Source of the DNA: Flavobacteriales bacterium
GTDB taxonomy: Bacteria > Bacteroidota > Bacteroidia > Flavobacteriales_F > PHOS-HE28
Reading direction: 5' to 3'
NCBI GenBank assembly: GCA_016718655.1
Contig: JADKCV010000001.1
Coordinates: 139,330 to 203,329, forward strand
DNA length: 64,000 nucleotides
The position numbers and the translations under genes were made by a program. A model generated the notes under the pieces. It saw only the letters and a list, made by a program, of their open reading frames with translations, was not told the origin of the DNA and made no database searches. This document shows, piece after piece, positions 48,523-57,539 of this stretch. Position 1 is the first letter of the stretch. Each line of letters opens with the position of its first letter.

Positions 48523-51006
48523 TCAGCGACTGGCCTGCTGGCCGAGCTGCTTCATGCCTTCGATCCCGCGCTCCAAGAACTCCTTATAGTCGGACACGTC
48601 CGGGGTGTATCCCACCGGGTCGGTGAGCAATTTGCCATCAGGGCTGAGCAGGGCATAGTAGGGCTGGCTGCTGATCACAAAGGTCTCCAGCTGCACGGTG
48701 CTCCATTTGTTGCCCTTGGTCACGATGAGCTTTTGTTTACCTGTGCAGGTCACATACTCGTGTTGTTCCTCCTTGGGCAATTCGCGCTTGTCGTCCACGT
48801 ACAGGGAAACGAGCACGTAGTCGTTCTCGATCAATTCCTTGACGCCATCCTTGGGCCATACGTGTTCTTCCATCTTCCGGCAGTTCACACAGGCCCAACC
48901 GGTGAAGTCGATCATCACGGGCTTACCCACTTCCTTGGCATGGGCGAGGGCCTCATCCAGGTCGTGGAAGGCTTCGGCCTTCTTGGGCAGTATCCAGCTG
49001 TACCCGGCTGGAGGCGCCAAACCGCTCATCAACGCCATCGGAGTGAAGGTGCCCGCCTTGCGGTCCACACGCAGGCCGAATGCCAAGTAGATGGTTGCGG
49101 CCGTGAAGAGCGCGATGAAGGCCCAGCGGACCGTTCCACGCGACTTCACCGGGCTGTCGTGCGGGAAACGGATGAGGCCGAAAAGGTAGAGTGTGATACC
49201 CAGCGCACATAGCACCCACACCACCATGAATAGCTCATAGGGTACGATGGACCATTGCTTCACCAGATCGGCATTGCTCAGGAACTTGAACGCGAGGGCC
49301 ACCTCGGCGAAGCCCAGCACCACCTTCACACTGTTGAGCCAGCTGCCGCTGCGGGGCAGGGAGTTGAGCCAACTGGGGAAGAGGGCGAACAGCGCGAAAG
49401 GAAGGGCGAGGGCCATACCGAAACCACCAAGGCCTGCGGTCAACTGCCAAGCGCCTCCATCGGCGGTGAGCGCACCTGCGAGCAAGGAACCGAGGATCGG
49501 CCCCGTGCAGCTGAAGGAGACCAGTGCCAGGGTGAGGGCCATGAAGAAGATGCCGATGAGGCCGCCGAACTTCGAGGCCTTCTGGTCCATGCTGTTCACC
49601 CAGCTACTGGGGAGCGTGATCTCGAAGTAGCCGAAGAAGCTCACCGCGAAGACCAGGAAGATCACGAAGAAGAAGACGTTGAGCCAAGGGTTGGTGCTGA
49701 TCTCATTGAAGATCTCCGCGTTCACCGAGCCCAGCACGTGGAAAGGCACGCTGAAGAGCAGGTAGATGCCCAGGATGAAGCCACCGTAGGTGAGGGCATT
49801 GCGCAGCCCCTTCGCTTTGTCCTCACTGCCCTTGGTGAAGAAGCTCACCGTGAGCGGGATCATGGGGAACACGCAAGGCGTGAGCAACGCCACAAGGCCA
49901 CCGAGGAACCCGAGCAGGAAGATCCGCCACAACGAGGCCGAACCGCGCACTTCCTGTTCATCGGAGCCATCGCTCTTCACCACCGGCGCATTCAGGTCCA
50001 CCGAGGCCAGCTTGTATCGGCAGTCGCCCGAAGCGGCCACCGTGTTCGAGCCGATGGTGATGGCACCGCTCGCCAAGTTCACGGTGAAGGGCACCGGATC
50101 GGGGAAGATGCACTGGCTGTCATCGCAGGTCATGTAGTTCACCACGCCCTTGACATCCTTGGCCGGATCGCTGACCACCAGCTCATGGATGAAGGAGGCG
50201 ACGTGCTTGAACTTGCGCACTTGGATCCCGAACATCTCGTCCATGCCCTCCTTCATGTCCTTGCCTTCCTCCTTGGCTTGACCTTGGAACTTGGCGTGTG
50301 TGATGGTGCTGTCGAGGGTGATGCTGGTGGGAATGGGGCCATCACCGAAGCTCTCCTGCGAATAGATGTACCAGCCCTCCTGGACCGTGGCGGTGAAGCG
50401 GAAGCGCCACAACCCATCCTTCAGCTTCTCCGTGGATAGTGACCATGCCACAGGCTCTGACTCTGCTGAGAGGGTGTTAACCTCGGTGGCCCCCCCTTTG
50501 AAAGGAATGCCAGCGAATTCGACCTTTTCTTGCACAAGCAGGACCTGGAAGTAGAGCGGATCGGTGATATCGCACGCACGATCATTGCAAACCATATAGT
50601 CCAACCTACCGGTGATGGGTAGTTGCGCGTCCGTAACCTTGACACGTTGGGTGAATAAGGCGTAGCCTTTGAATTTCTTCACTTCCATGCCAAAGACGGG
50701 ATCCTCGCCTTGGATGGTGTGTTCACCCGTCTCGGTGGCCTTTCCCATGGGGATAGCGTGGGCCAGCGTATCCAACGTGATGGCGGTCGGTATCGGTCCC
50801 ATATCGCCGAAGTTCTGTTGCGAGTACACGAACCAACCTTCGGTGAGGTCGGCCCGGTAAACGATATCCCAAACACCTTCTTCCACCTTCATCATGCTGA
50901 TGGACCACCTCACGTGTTCGGGAGGTGCCGCATGGCCAGGAAGTTGGGCGCCAGCGATCAGGGTCTGGAGAAGGGCGAAGAATGCAAGTAGGGAACGGAA
51001 CTTCAT
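48523..51006 (-). CDS. dsbD: thiol:disulfide interchange protein DsbD with duplicated N-terminal DsbD-alpha-like domains and C-terminal thioredoxin domain
   Basis: Two N-terminal domains ending in the MVCNDRACD and MTCDDSQCIF cysteine pairs; central TM core with Cys in LTPCVFPMIPL and SFSCTGPIL; C-terminal thioredoxin WACVNC. Confidence 0.85.
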   Translation of the reverse strand: MKFRSLLAFFALLQTLIAGAQLPGHAAPPEHVRWSISMMKVEEGVWDIVYRADLTEGWFVYSQQNFGDMGPIPTAITLDTLAHAIPMGKATETGEHTIQGEDPVFGMEVKKFKGYALFTQRVKVTDAQLPITGRLDYMVCNDRACDITDPLYFQVLLVQEKVEFAGIPFKGGATEVNTLSAESEPVAWSLSTEKLKDGLWRFRFTATVQEGWYIYSQESFGDGPIPTSITLDSTITHAKFQGQAKEEGKDMKEGMDEMFGIQVRKFKHVASFIHELVVSDPAKDVKGVVNYMTCDDSQCIFPDPVPFTVNLASGAITIGSNTVAASGDCRYKLASVDLNAPVVKSDGSDEQEVRGSASLWRIFLLGFLGGLVALLTPCVFPMIPLTVSFFTKGSEDKAKGLRNALTYGGFILGIYLLFSVPFHVLGSVNAEIFNEISTNPWLNVFFFVIFLVFAVSFFGYFEITLPSSWVNSMDQKASKFGGLIGIFFMALTLALVSFSCTGPILGSLLAGALTADGGAWQLTAGLGGFGMALALPFALFALFPSWLNSLPRSGSWLNSVKVVLGFAEVALAFKFLSNADLVKQWSIVPYELFMVVWVLCALGITLYLFGLIRFPHDSPVKSRGTVRWAFIALFTAATIYLAFGLRVDRKAGTFTPMALMSGLAPPAGYSWILPKKAEAFHDLDEALAHAKEVGKPVMIDFTGWACVNCRKMEEHVWPKDGVKELIENDYVLVSLYVDDKRELPKEEQHEYVTCTGKQKLIVTKGNKWSTVQLETFVISSQPYYALLSPDGKLLTDPVGYTPDVSDYKEFLERGIEGMKQLGQQASR

Positions 51007-51461
51007 GGCTTGGCGGGTTCGGCCTCGATGGTCACTTCAAAGGGCACGATCACGGGTGGTAGGCAGGTCTTGTCGTTGCATACCATGTACTCGACCTCGC
51101 CTTTCACGATGAGGGAGGTACTCGGAACCGTGGGAGATACGGTGGTGGTGAACCGAGGAGAGCCGTCATGGTAACGTACCACCATGGCGAAATTGGGATC
51201 ATACTCCTCCATTGGGATAGGTTCCTGGATCGCACTGGCAGGTCCGTGTCCGGTTGATGGAAGGATGCGAACGGCGGTCGGGATCGGTCCTTCATTACCT
51301 GGGAGGACGGTGGCGTAGATGTGCCAGCCCGCATCAAGAACGGCGTCGCAATGCACCGCGACCGATCCATCGGCTTGGCGCTGGGCGGAGAAGCTCCAAT
51401 GCACGGGAGGCGTGGAGGGCATCCATGCTGCCAAGAGAAGGGAAATGAGCAAGGTGTGCAT
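51003..51461 (-). CDS. standalone DsbD-N-terminal-domain-like (DsbD-alpha) periplasmic protein
   Basis: GWHIYATVLPGNEGPIPTAV...YMVCNDKTCLPP matches the DsbD-alpha domain pattern; stop overlaps the dsbD start. Confidence 0.55.
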   Translation of the reverse strand: MHTLLISLLLAAWMPSTPPVHWSFSAQRQADGSVAVHCDAVLDAGWHIYATVLPGNEGPIPTAVRILPSTGHGPASAIQEPIPMEEYDPNFAMVVRYHDGSPRFTTTVSPTVPSTSLIVKGEVEYMVCNDKTCLPPVIVPFEVTIEAEPAKP

Positions 51462-51552
51462 CGGAGGGTACGGTCGCAAAGCTAACCCCCTCCTGACAGC
51501 CCGGTCCAAGTGCCTGTTCCGATCCTTGCGATCCTATGGGACCGCGTCCTTG

Positions 51553-51843
51553 TTAAGGAATGTCAATGCTCACCACCCGCGAAACGGGAATGGTGGTACC
51601 GTACTTCAGCACGATGTTATCAGGGTCGTAGGTCCAGATGGTGGTTTCCACCGCTTTGAGCCCTTGATCGTCCTGAAAGAGGATGCGGCACTTGCCATGT
51701 TCGGAGTTGCCCAATCGCGTGGCCACCTGCAGCGTGTGCAGGATGGAACGACGTTGATCCATGGTGATGGATACGGGCTCTTGTGGGAAACGCAAGGCCG
51801 GGATCTGTTCCTTGGGAATGAGGGTCGCACGGATATCCAACAT
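51553..51843 (-). CDS. hypothetical protein (96 aa)
   Basis: ORF with reasonable codon usage between tilS and the DsbD-alpha gene; no family recognised. Confidence 0.3.
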   Translation of the reverse strand: MLDIRATLIPKEQIPALRFPQEPVSITMDQRRSILHTLQVATRLGNSEHGKCRILFQDDQGLKAVETTIWTYDPDNIVLKYGTTIPVSRVVSIDIP

Positions 51844-51922
51844 GGTCGATCGTATTGGGTGGCCTGAAGATACGCTCGCCCGCTACCCCTTTCCAAGCAC
51901 CTGTTGATAAAAATGACGAGGG

Positions 51923-53242
51923 TCAGTCAATGGTCCTGTCCACGCGGAGCACCCGTTGCGTGTTGGCAGAAGCTCGTGCCATACCGGAAGCACGTATACC
52001 ACAGCACCACAGGATCCGCTCTGCATCGCACAGCACCAACGTGCGGTCCTTGAGGTGACGCGGAACCTTGGCGTCGATCAACACATCGCTTATCAGCTTG
52101 CTTCCGGTCATTCCCGCAGGCAACAGGCGATCGCCCGCGCGCCATGGTCGCACCACCAACGGCAGCACCAGGCGGTCGATATCCAACCACACCACGTTCG
52201 GACCAGCGTTGGCATCGATGTCGGAGGCATGGACGGAACGCATATCCAGCGGCATACCCGTCGGTGGTCGAAAGGGATCATGGATCGTCCATTCGCCCAG
52301 CGCCTGTTGGAATGGTACGATCAAGAATGCCTCACGATCGGCAAGTACCTCCACCCCTTCACCGGGAAAGCGCGCGCCCACTTTCCCCTGTTCCATCACC
52401 CGCACCATGTCCGCAATGCGATCGGGGTGATAGCCACGCCCTTCGAGCAAGGTGTGCAACAACACGCGAGGTGCGAGTGAGGCGCGCAGTGTGTCGAAGG
52501 TGATGCGCAATACCCCTTCGGCATCGGGACGAAGATGAGCCACCAATTCATTGATGCGTTGTTTAGCAAGGAGGTCCAGTTCGCGCGCCAGTTCAACATT
52601 CCGATACATGACCGTGCGTACCCCTGGTCTCAGGTCCTCCATCAGTGGCACCAATTCCTTACGCACACGAGCACGCAGGTATGCAGGGTCGCTATTACTA
52701 GCGTCCTCACGCCATGGAACGCGCAGTATACGCGCAGCCTCGATGATATCGGCACGCGTGCTGGTGAGCAAGGGTCTGATGAATGGACCACTACGTACGG
52801 GGATACCTTGCCAGCCGCGTGTTCCCATACCCTGCATCAGGTTCATGAGCGTGGTCTCCATCGCATCATCGGCATGGTGTGCCATGGCCAACCGCTCCGG
52901 GCCTTGATGAACAAGGCGATGGAACACCCTGTACCGGAGTGAACGTGCGGCCATTTGCACGGAAGAGTTCGATCGCTCCACCTCTACTCCCACATCCACT
53001 TCCTCCACGTGCAAAGGGATACCGAGTTCAGCACAATACGCCACCACCAGTGCACGGTCGGCAGCACTATCGGCACCTCGCAGGCCGTGGTCGATGTGAA
53101 CGGCCTGGACCGGATGGCCTAGTTGATGAAGCACGGTGAGGAGCACCATGCTGTCCACACCGCCGCTTACGGCCACCCAAACAGGGGCTCCCTGTTCCAA
53201 CAACGCGTGTTGGTGGATGAAGAGTCGCACGACCTCAAGCAT
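51923..53242 (-). CDS. tilS: tRNA(Ile)-lysidine synthetase
   Basis: PP-loop VWVAVSGGVDSMVLL and TilS C-terminal domain. Confidence 0.85.
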   Translation of the reverse strand: MLEVVRLFIHQHALLEQGAPVWVAVSGGVDSMVLLTVLHQLGHPVQAVHIDHGLRGADSAADRALVVAYCAELGIPLHVEEVDVGVEVERSNSSVQMAARSLRYRVFHRLVHQGPERLAMAHHADDAMETTLMNLMQGMGTRGWQGIPVRSGPFIRPLLTSTRADIIEAARILRVPWREDASNSDPAYLRARVRKELVPLMEDLRPGVRTVMYRNVELARELDLLAKQRINELVAHLRPDAEGVLRITFDTLRASLAPRVLLHTLLEGRGYHPDRIADMVRVMEQGKVGARFPGEGVEVLADREAFLIVPFQQALGEWTIHDPFRPPTGMPLDMRSVHASDIDANAGPNVVWLDIDRLVLPLVVRPWRAGDRLLPAGMTGSKLISDVLIDAKVPRHLKDRTLVLCDAERILWCCGIRASGMARASANTQRVLRVDRTID

Positions 53243-54461
53243 GGCGCAGGGCATCAAGCACGGATCGGGCCTTCACCACGCACTCCTCCCATTCGGACGC
53301 CGGGTCGCACAAGGCGGTGAGTGCGCTACCGGTACGCAAGGAGGCTAGGCTCGTTCGACGATCGAACTCGATCGCACGGATCACCACATTGAGGTCGCCC
53401 GTGCCATCCGGAGCGAAGAATCCGAGCGATCCACTGAACGCACCGCGAGGGACACCTTCGGCCATTGCTATGAGTTGCATGGCGCGCTCCTTGGGCGCAC
53501 CGGTCATGCTTGCCATGGGGAATGCGGAACGCACCACGTCCAAGGGCCCGGACCCGGATGCGATGGTGGCGGAGATGGTGCTCACCAGTTGATGTACACG
53601 CGGATAGCTCCGTACCCCGCAAAGCTCTCGGACCATGACGGTGCCTGGCGCAGCAACGCGCGAAAGGTCGTGTCGCATGACATCCACGGCCATCACGTTC
53701 TCACTACGCTCCTTGGCGTCACGGGCGAGTTCATCACGGAGCCGTGCGTCCTCTTCAGGATCGGAGGAACGAGGACGCGTACCCTTCATGGGCTCCCCGA
53801 TCACCTGCCGATGGTCGAAGGCCAGGAAACGCTCCGGACTGGCGGAGAGTATGAAGCGATCCCCGTCGCGGTGGAACGCTGCGAAGGGTGCTTGGGACCG
53901 ATGTAGGAGGCGTTGGAAGGCCGTGAATGGTTCGAGGGATGGCCAGTGCGCGAACCGTTCCACACAGTAGTTCACCTCATAGATATCACCGCGTTGGATG
54001 TGGCGCATCAAGCGATCCACATGGTACATGTAATTGGTGCGATCGGTGCGTTCTGTCCAGTGCGCGGCAAGCTCCACATCGGGGTCGAGCAGTTCGGTAT
54101 GGAGGTCGTCGCGGCGCTCCTGGATCTCTTGGACATGTGCCGGGTGGACGTGCAAGTACACAACTTGACCGCGCCATTCCACTACCCATTTGGGTATCCA
54201 CCATTGTGAAATGGGGCCACCGTCGGCTCTACGTGCTTCTGTCCCATCAGCGCCGATCCACTCATAGGGAAGCGCCCCAAAGGTCCAATCCATCGCACGT
54301 CCCTCCTGATCGAATGAGGGCGCATCCACAACTTCGTGCACACCAATACCCAGCACGGCACGACCCTGGTCCGCGATGCGTCGATAGAGGAATCGTTCCT
54401 CGCGAAGCAACATCGCAGGCACCACAGCCACCGGTCGGTCAAGCACTAGGGTCGTCCGCAC
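53235..54461 (-). CDS. pabB: aminodeoxychorismate/anthranilate synthase component I family
   Basis: Chorismate-binding enzyme motifs SPERFL, GAFSGSLGFF and PKERAMQLI. Confidence 0.8.
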   Translation of the reverse strand: MRTTLVLDRPVAVVPAMLLREERFLYRRIADQGRAVLGIGVHEVVDAPSFDQEGRAMDWTFGALPYEWIGADGTEARRADGGPISQWWIPKWVVEWRGQVVYLHVHPAHVQEIQERRDDLHTELLDPDVELAAHWTERTDRTNYMYHVDRLMRHIQRGDIYEVNYCVERFAHWPSLEPFTAFQRLLHRSQAPFAAFHRDGDRFILSASPERFLAFDHRQVIGEPMKGTRPRSSDPEEDARLRDELARDAKERSENVMAVDVMRHDLSRVAAPGTVMVRELCGVRSYPRVHQLVSTISATIASGSGPLDVVRSAFPMASMTGAPKERAMQLIAMAEGVPRGAFSGSLGFFAPDGTGDLNVVIRAIEFDRRTSLASLRTGSALTALCDPASEWEECVVKARSVLDALRHA

Positions 54462-54540
54462 GGGGCCAAGTTATCAGCACCGCCACTTGGGATCGGCGGC
54501 ATTCTCGCACTATCTTCCCAACGCTCTTGGCGATCCGCAG

Positions 54541-55857
54541 ATGAGTACCGCTACCCGATATGGCTCGTTCCTACTCCTCCTGATAGGGCTGAATGGTACG
54601 TCCGTGATGGCCCAGGGACGCGTGGTATTGAACGATGGCGGATGGTTGCGGATCGATGGAGGTGCTTGGCTGGTGATGGAAGAGCCCACGCCGGCAGGCA
54701 TCAGTACGTCAGGTAGCGGGGGGAACATCCGGAGCGAGGGAGAGTTCAACCGGATCCGCTGGCAGATCCGCAATAATGTTGGCACCTACGTGGTGCCCTT
54801 CACCACGGCGAGTGGGGTGCGCACGCCCTTCAGCTTCGAGGTCGTGGGCGCCGGGTCGAACGAGGCGACCGCATCCATCTGTTTCTCCACCTACAATTAT
54901 GGAACACTCGGTGGTACCAACTGGGATAACGACGGATACCGCCCCACGGATGTGACCCACATGCACAATTACTTCACCGGCGCGCCCTCGAACAACTCGG
55001 ACCAGGTGGTGGACCGGTTCTGGATCGTGGATGCAGGAGTCGCCTCATATGGCTATGGAACCAGGCCGTCCGTCCGCTTGGGCTTCACCTACGACCCGGG
55101 TGCTGCCACTGGCGATGTGCGCACGGGCAATACGATCACCTCCACGAGTCCCCTGGCGGCTCAACGCTTCAACCCTCCTTTGGATGCCTGGGGGGATGTG
55201 CTCTTCGCAAGCACGTTCGCGCTGGGGCCTGTGAATACCGTGACGAATGTGAATGTCGGACCGAGCGATCTGTTCCGATCCTGGACGCTCTCCAATGTGG
55301 CGCAACCGCTGCCGGTGCGACTGGTAGGATTCGCGGCGGAATGTACCGAGGCACGTGTGCAGTTGACGTGGACCACTGCGAGCGAATCCGGTTCCTCCCA
55401 TTTCCTGATCTGGCGAAGCTCCGATCAGGAAGCCGAGCAAATGATCGGAACCGTACCAGCCGCAGGGCACAGCAACGGAATTCGATCCTATGTATCCATG
55501 GATAACGATGCACCGGCAGGTAACCTCTACTATCGGTTGGAGGGCGTGGATGTGGACGGGAGCTCACAACTGAGTGACCAGGTCACCACATACTGTGGAC
55601 ACGTTGATACTCCATCGTTCACCGGCTGGTACGCTGATGGAGCACTGTTCGTGGACCATCACCTTCCCGAAGGAGGTCACTCTAGCTGGGAATTGTACAA
55701 TGCAGCGGGCCAAGTGGTGGCCACTTGGCCGGTGATGGAATTGCACCCTGGGGAACACCGGACCAGACTCCCACTCCGAGGCGTGAGCACGGGTCTCTAC
55801 ACACTACGGGCAGGTAACCGGGACATCGGTTCAGCAGTGCGTTTGGCGATACCGTGA
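54541..55857 (+). CDS. secreted protein of unknown function with T9SS-type C-terminal domain
   Basis: Signal peptide MSTATRYGSFLLLLIGLNGTSVMAQ; C-terminal ~80 aa (WELYNAAGQVVATW...GLYTLRAGN...VRLAIP) resembles a CTD beta-sandwich. Confidence 0.45.
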   Translation: MSTATRYGSFLLLLIGLNGTSVMAQGRVVLNDGGWLRIDGGAWLVMEEPTPAGISTSGSGGNIRSEGEFNRIRWQIRNNVGTYVVPFTTASGVRTPFSFEVVGAGSNEATASICFSTYNYGTLGGTNWDNDGYRPTDVTHMHNYFTGAPSNNSDQVVDRFWIVDAGVASYGYGTRPSVRLGFTYDPGAATGDVRTGNTITSTSPLAAQRFNPPLDAWGDVLFASTFALGPVNTVTNVNVGPSDLFRSWTLSNVAQPLPVRLVGFAAECTEARVQLTWTTASESGSSHFLIWRSSDQEAEQMIGTVPAAGHSNGIRSYVSMDNDAPAGNLYYRLEGVDVDGSSQLSDQVTTYCGHVDTPSFTGWYADGALFVDHHLPEGGHSSWELYNAAGQVVATWPVMELHPGEHRTRLPLRGVSTGLYTLRAGNRDIGSAVRLAIP

Positions 55858-57519
55858 ACGCGCTGCTCGAACAACACTCCAGCCCAAGACCATCGCCAGA
55901 GCCACTAGCGCCGAGTGGCCGATCAGGTCGCCGGTCCGGGCGTATAGCGTGAGTTCCTCGTTCATCGCAAGATCTGCGTGGAACGCAGTGGCGGTCCACC
56001 AATCCGTGGCATCATGGACCACTCCACGCTGGTCCACCCAACAAGAGATACCCGTGTTCGCGGAACGTGCGATACAGCGGCGCTGCTCGATGGCCCGAAG
56101 GGATGCGAAGGTGAGGTGCTGCACTGGGCCGGGCGAATCGCCCCACCAACCATCGTTGGTGATGATGGCGATGAGGTTGCCTCCATTGACCACATGGGCA
56201 CCCACATGCTCACCGAACACCGACTCGTAACAGATGGCTGGCACCAGGGCGATGCCTGAAGCTGGGTCGTGAAGCACGCTCCGTTCCTGTTGCGTGCCCA
56301 ACGATCCGCTCACCCCGCCCAGGTCCACGCTCAGCGCACTGAGCTTGCCCAGGATCGCCTCGAAAGGCATCATCTCCACACCGGCGACCAGTTTGGACTT
56401 GTGGTAGTGATGCAGTGACCCGTCGGTGGGTAGGAAAAGCGCAGCGTTGTACGCCTCGTACCAAAGTCCGGTGCCTTCGATCCCCCGTGCTGTGACAGGC
56501 AGTTCCTCTCCGTTATGGAACAGGTGGGCCGAAGACATACCGGTCATGAGCGCGGCATCGGGATGGCGTTGTTGGAATGCGCGTAACCGCGCAACGCTGG
56601 CCGAAGAACCGAGGTCGTTCTCCCATAGTCCATGTAGCACTGGCTGCGCGCTGCGCAGGTCCAATGTGGCTTCCTCCTGCAACGCGGTCTCAGGCATCAC
56701 CACCAACCGGGTGCGAGGGGTGATGGCACGCTCGGCCAAGGCGAGCATGGTATCCAGTTGCACCATTGGATCCTCGTGGAACTTCTGTCCGTAGGGATCG
56801 ATATTGGGTTGTACGATCACGACCTCCACGCGAGTGCCCTTCTCCGTATGGGTGAAAAAGAGGAGCAGCGAAGTACCGACCGGAACAAGGACCAAGGCCG
56901 CGAGCACAGGCCAACGTCCTCGGATCGGGAGCGCTGTCGCTGGAGCAGGATGAATGATCCGTGCGTGTACCCAGAGGACCACCGACCAGATCCACAGTGA
57001 ACCGCCTAGCACACCTGTCCATTCATACCATTGCACCAATGCAGGCATGGCGCCGAACACATTCCCCATGGTGAACCACGGCCACTTCAGGTCCCATTGA
57101 TGATGGATGTGCTCGAAGGCGGTCCAGGCCACCACCAAGGCCACCATTGACCACTGGTCCCCCGACCACTTCCGGACAACGCGCTTGATCCACCACGGCA
57201 CCAGCATGAGCACCGAGTTCACCAGCATGGGTGAGAGGCCACTGACCAGTCGTGTGGTCAAGGGCTCGCTCACGCCGAAGAACCACCACGAGGTGGCAGC
57301 GTTCCAGGTGAGTACGGTCAGTAGGACATAGGGTACGAAAGCGCGTCCTCGGCCCTTTGTGCGCCGGTCGTGTAATACCTCGGCATGCAACAAGGGCAAC
57401 CAAGCGATCAGAGCCAATGGAGCGACACCTCCGATACCCGGCCAAGCCAGCGCCCAGAGTATTCCACTCAGTACCGCCCAAGCAGCAACGTGTCGGCGAA
57501 GTAGGATACCGGATGACAC
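55831..57519 (-). CDS. lnt: apolipoprotein N-acyltransferase
   Basis: N-terminal polytopic domain plus CN-hydrolase domain (VVMPE, catalytic Cys in PAICYES). Confidence 0.85.
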   Translation of the reverse strand: MSSGILLRRHVAAWAVLSGILWALAWPGIGGVAPLALIAWLPLLHAEVLHDRRTKGRGRAFVPYVLLTVLTWNAATSWWFFGVSEPLTTRLVSGLSPMLVNSVLMLVPWWIKRVVRKWSGDQWSMVALVVAWTAFEHIHHQWDLKWPWFTMGNVFGAMPALVQWYEWTGVLGGSLWIWSVVLWVHARIIHPAPATALPIRGRWPVLAALVLVPVGTSLLLFFTHTEKGTRVEVVIVQPNIDPYGQKFHEDPMVQLDTMLALAERAITPRTRLVVMPETALQEEATLDLRSAQPVLHGLWENDLGSSASVARLRAFQQRHPDAALMTGMSSAHLFHNGEELPVTARGIEGTGLWYEAYNAALFLPTDGSLHHYHKSKLVAGVEMMPFEAILGKLSALSVDLGGVSGSLGTQQERSVLHDPASGIALVPAICYESVFGEHVGAHVVNGGNLIAIITNDGWWGDSPGPVQHLTFASLRAIEQRRCIARSANTGISCWVDQRGVVHDATDWWTATAFHADLAMNEELTLYARTGDLIGHSALVALAMVLGWSVVRAARSRYRQTHC

Positions 57520-57539
57520 GTCGGCGAAAGTAGGCGCGA

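Noticed and set aside
49255-50439. 394-aa plus-strand ORF antisense to dsbD
   Set aside because: Antisense artefact.
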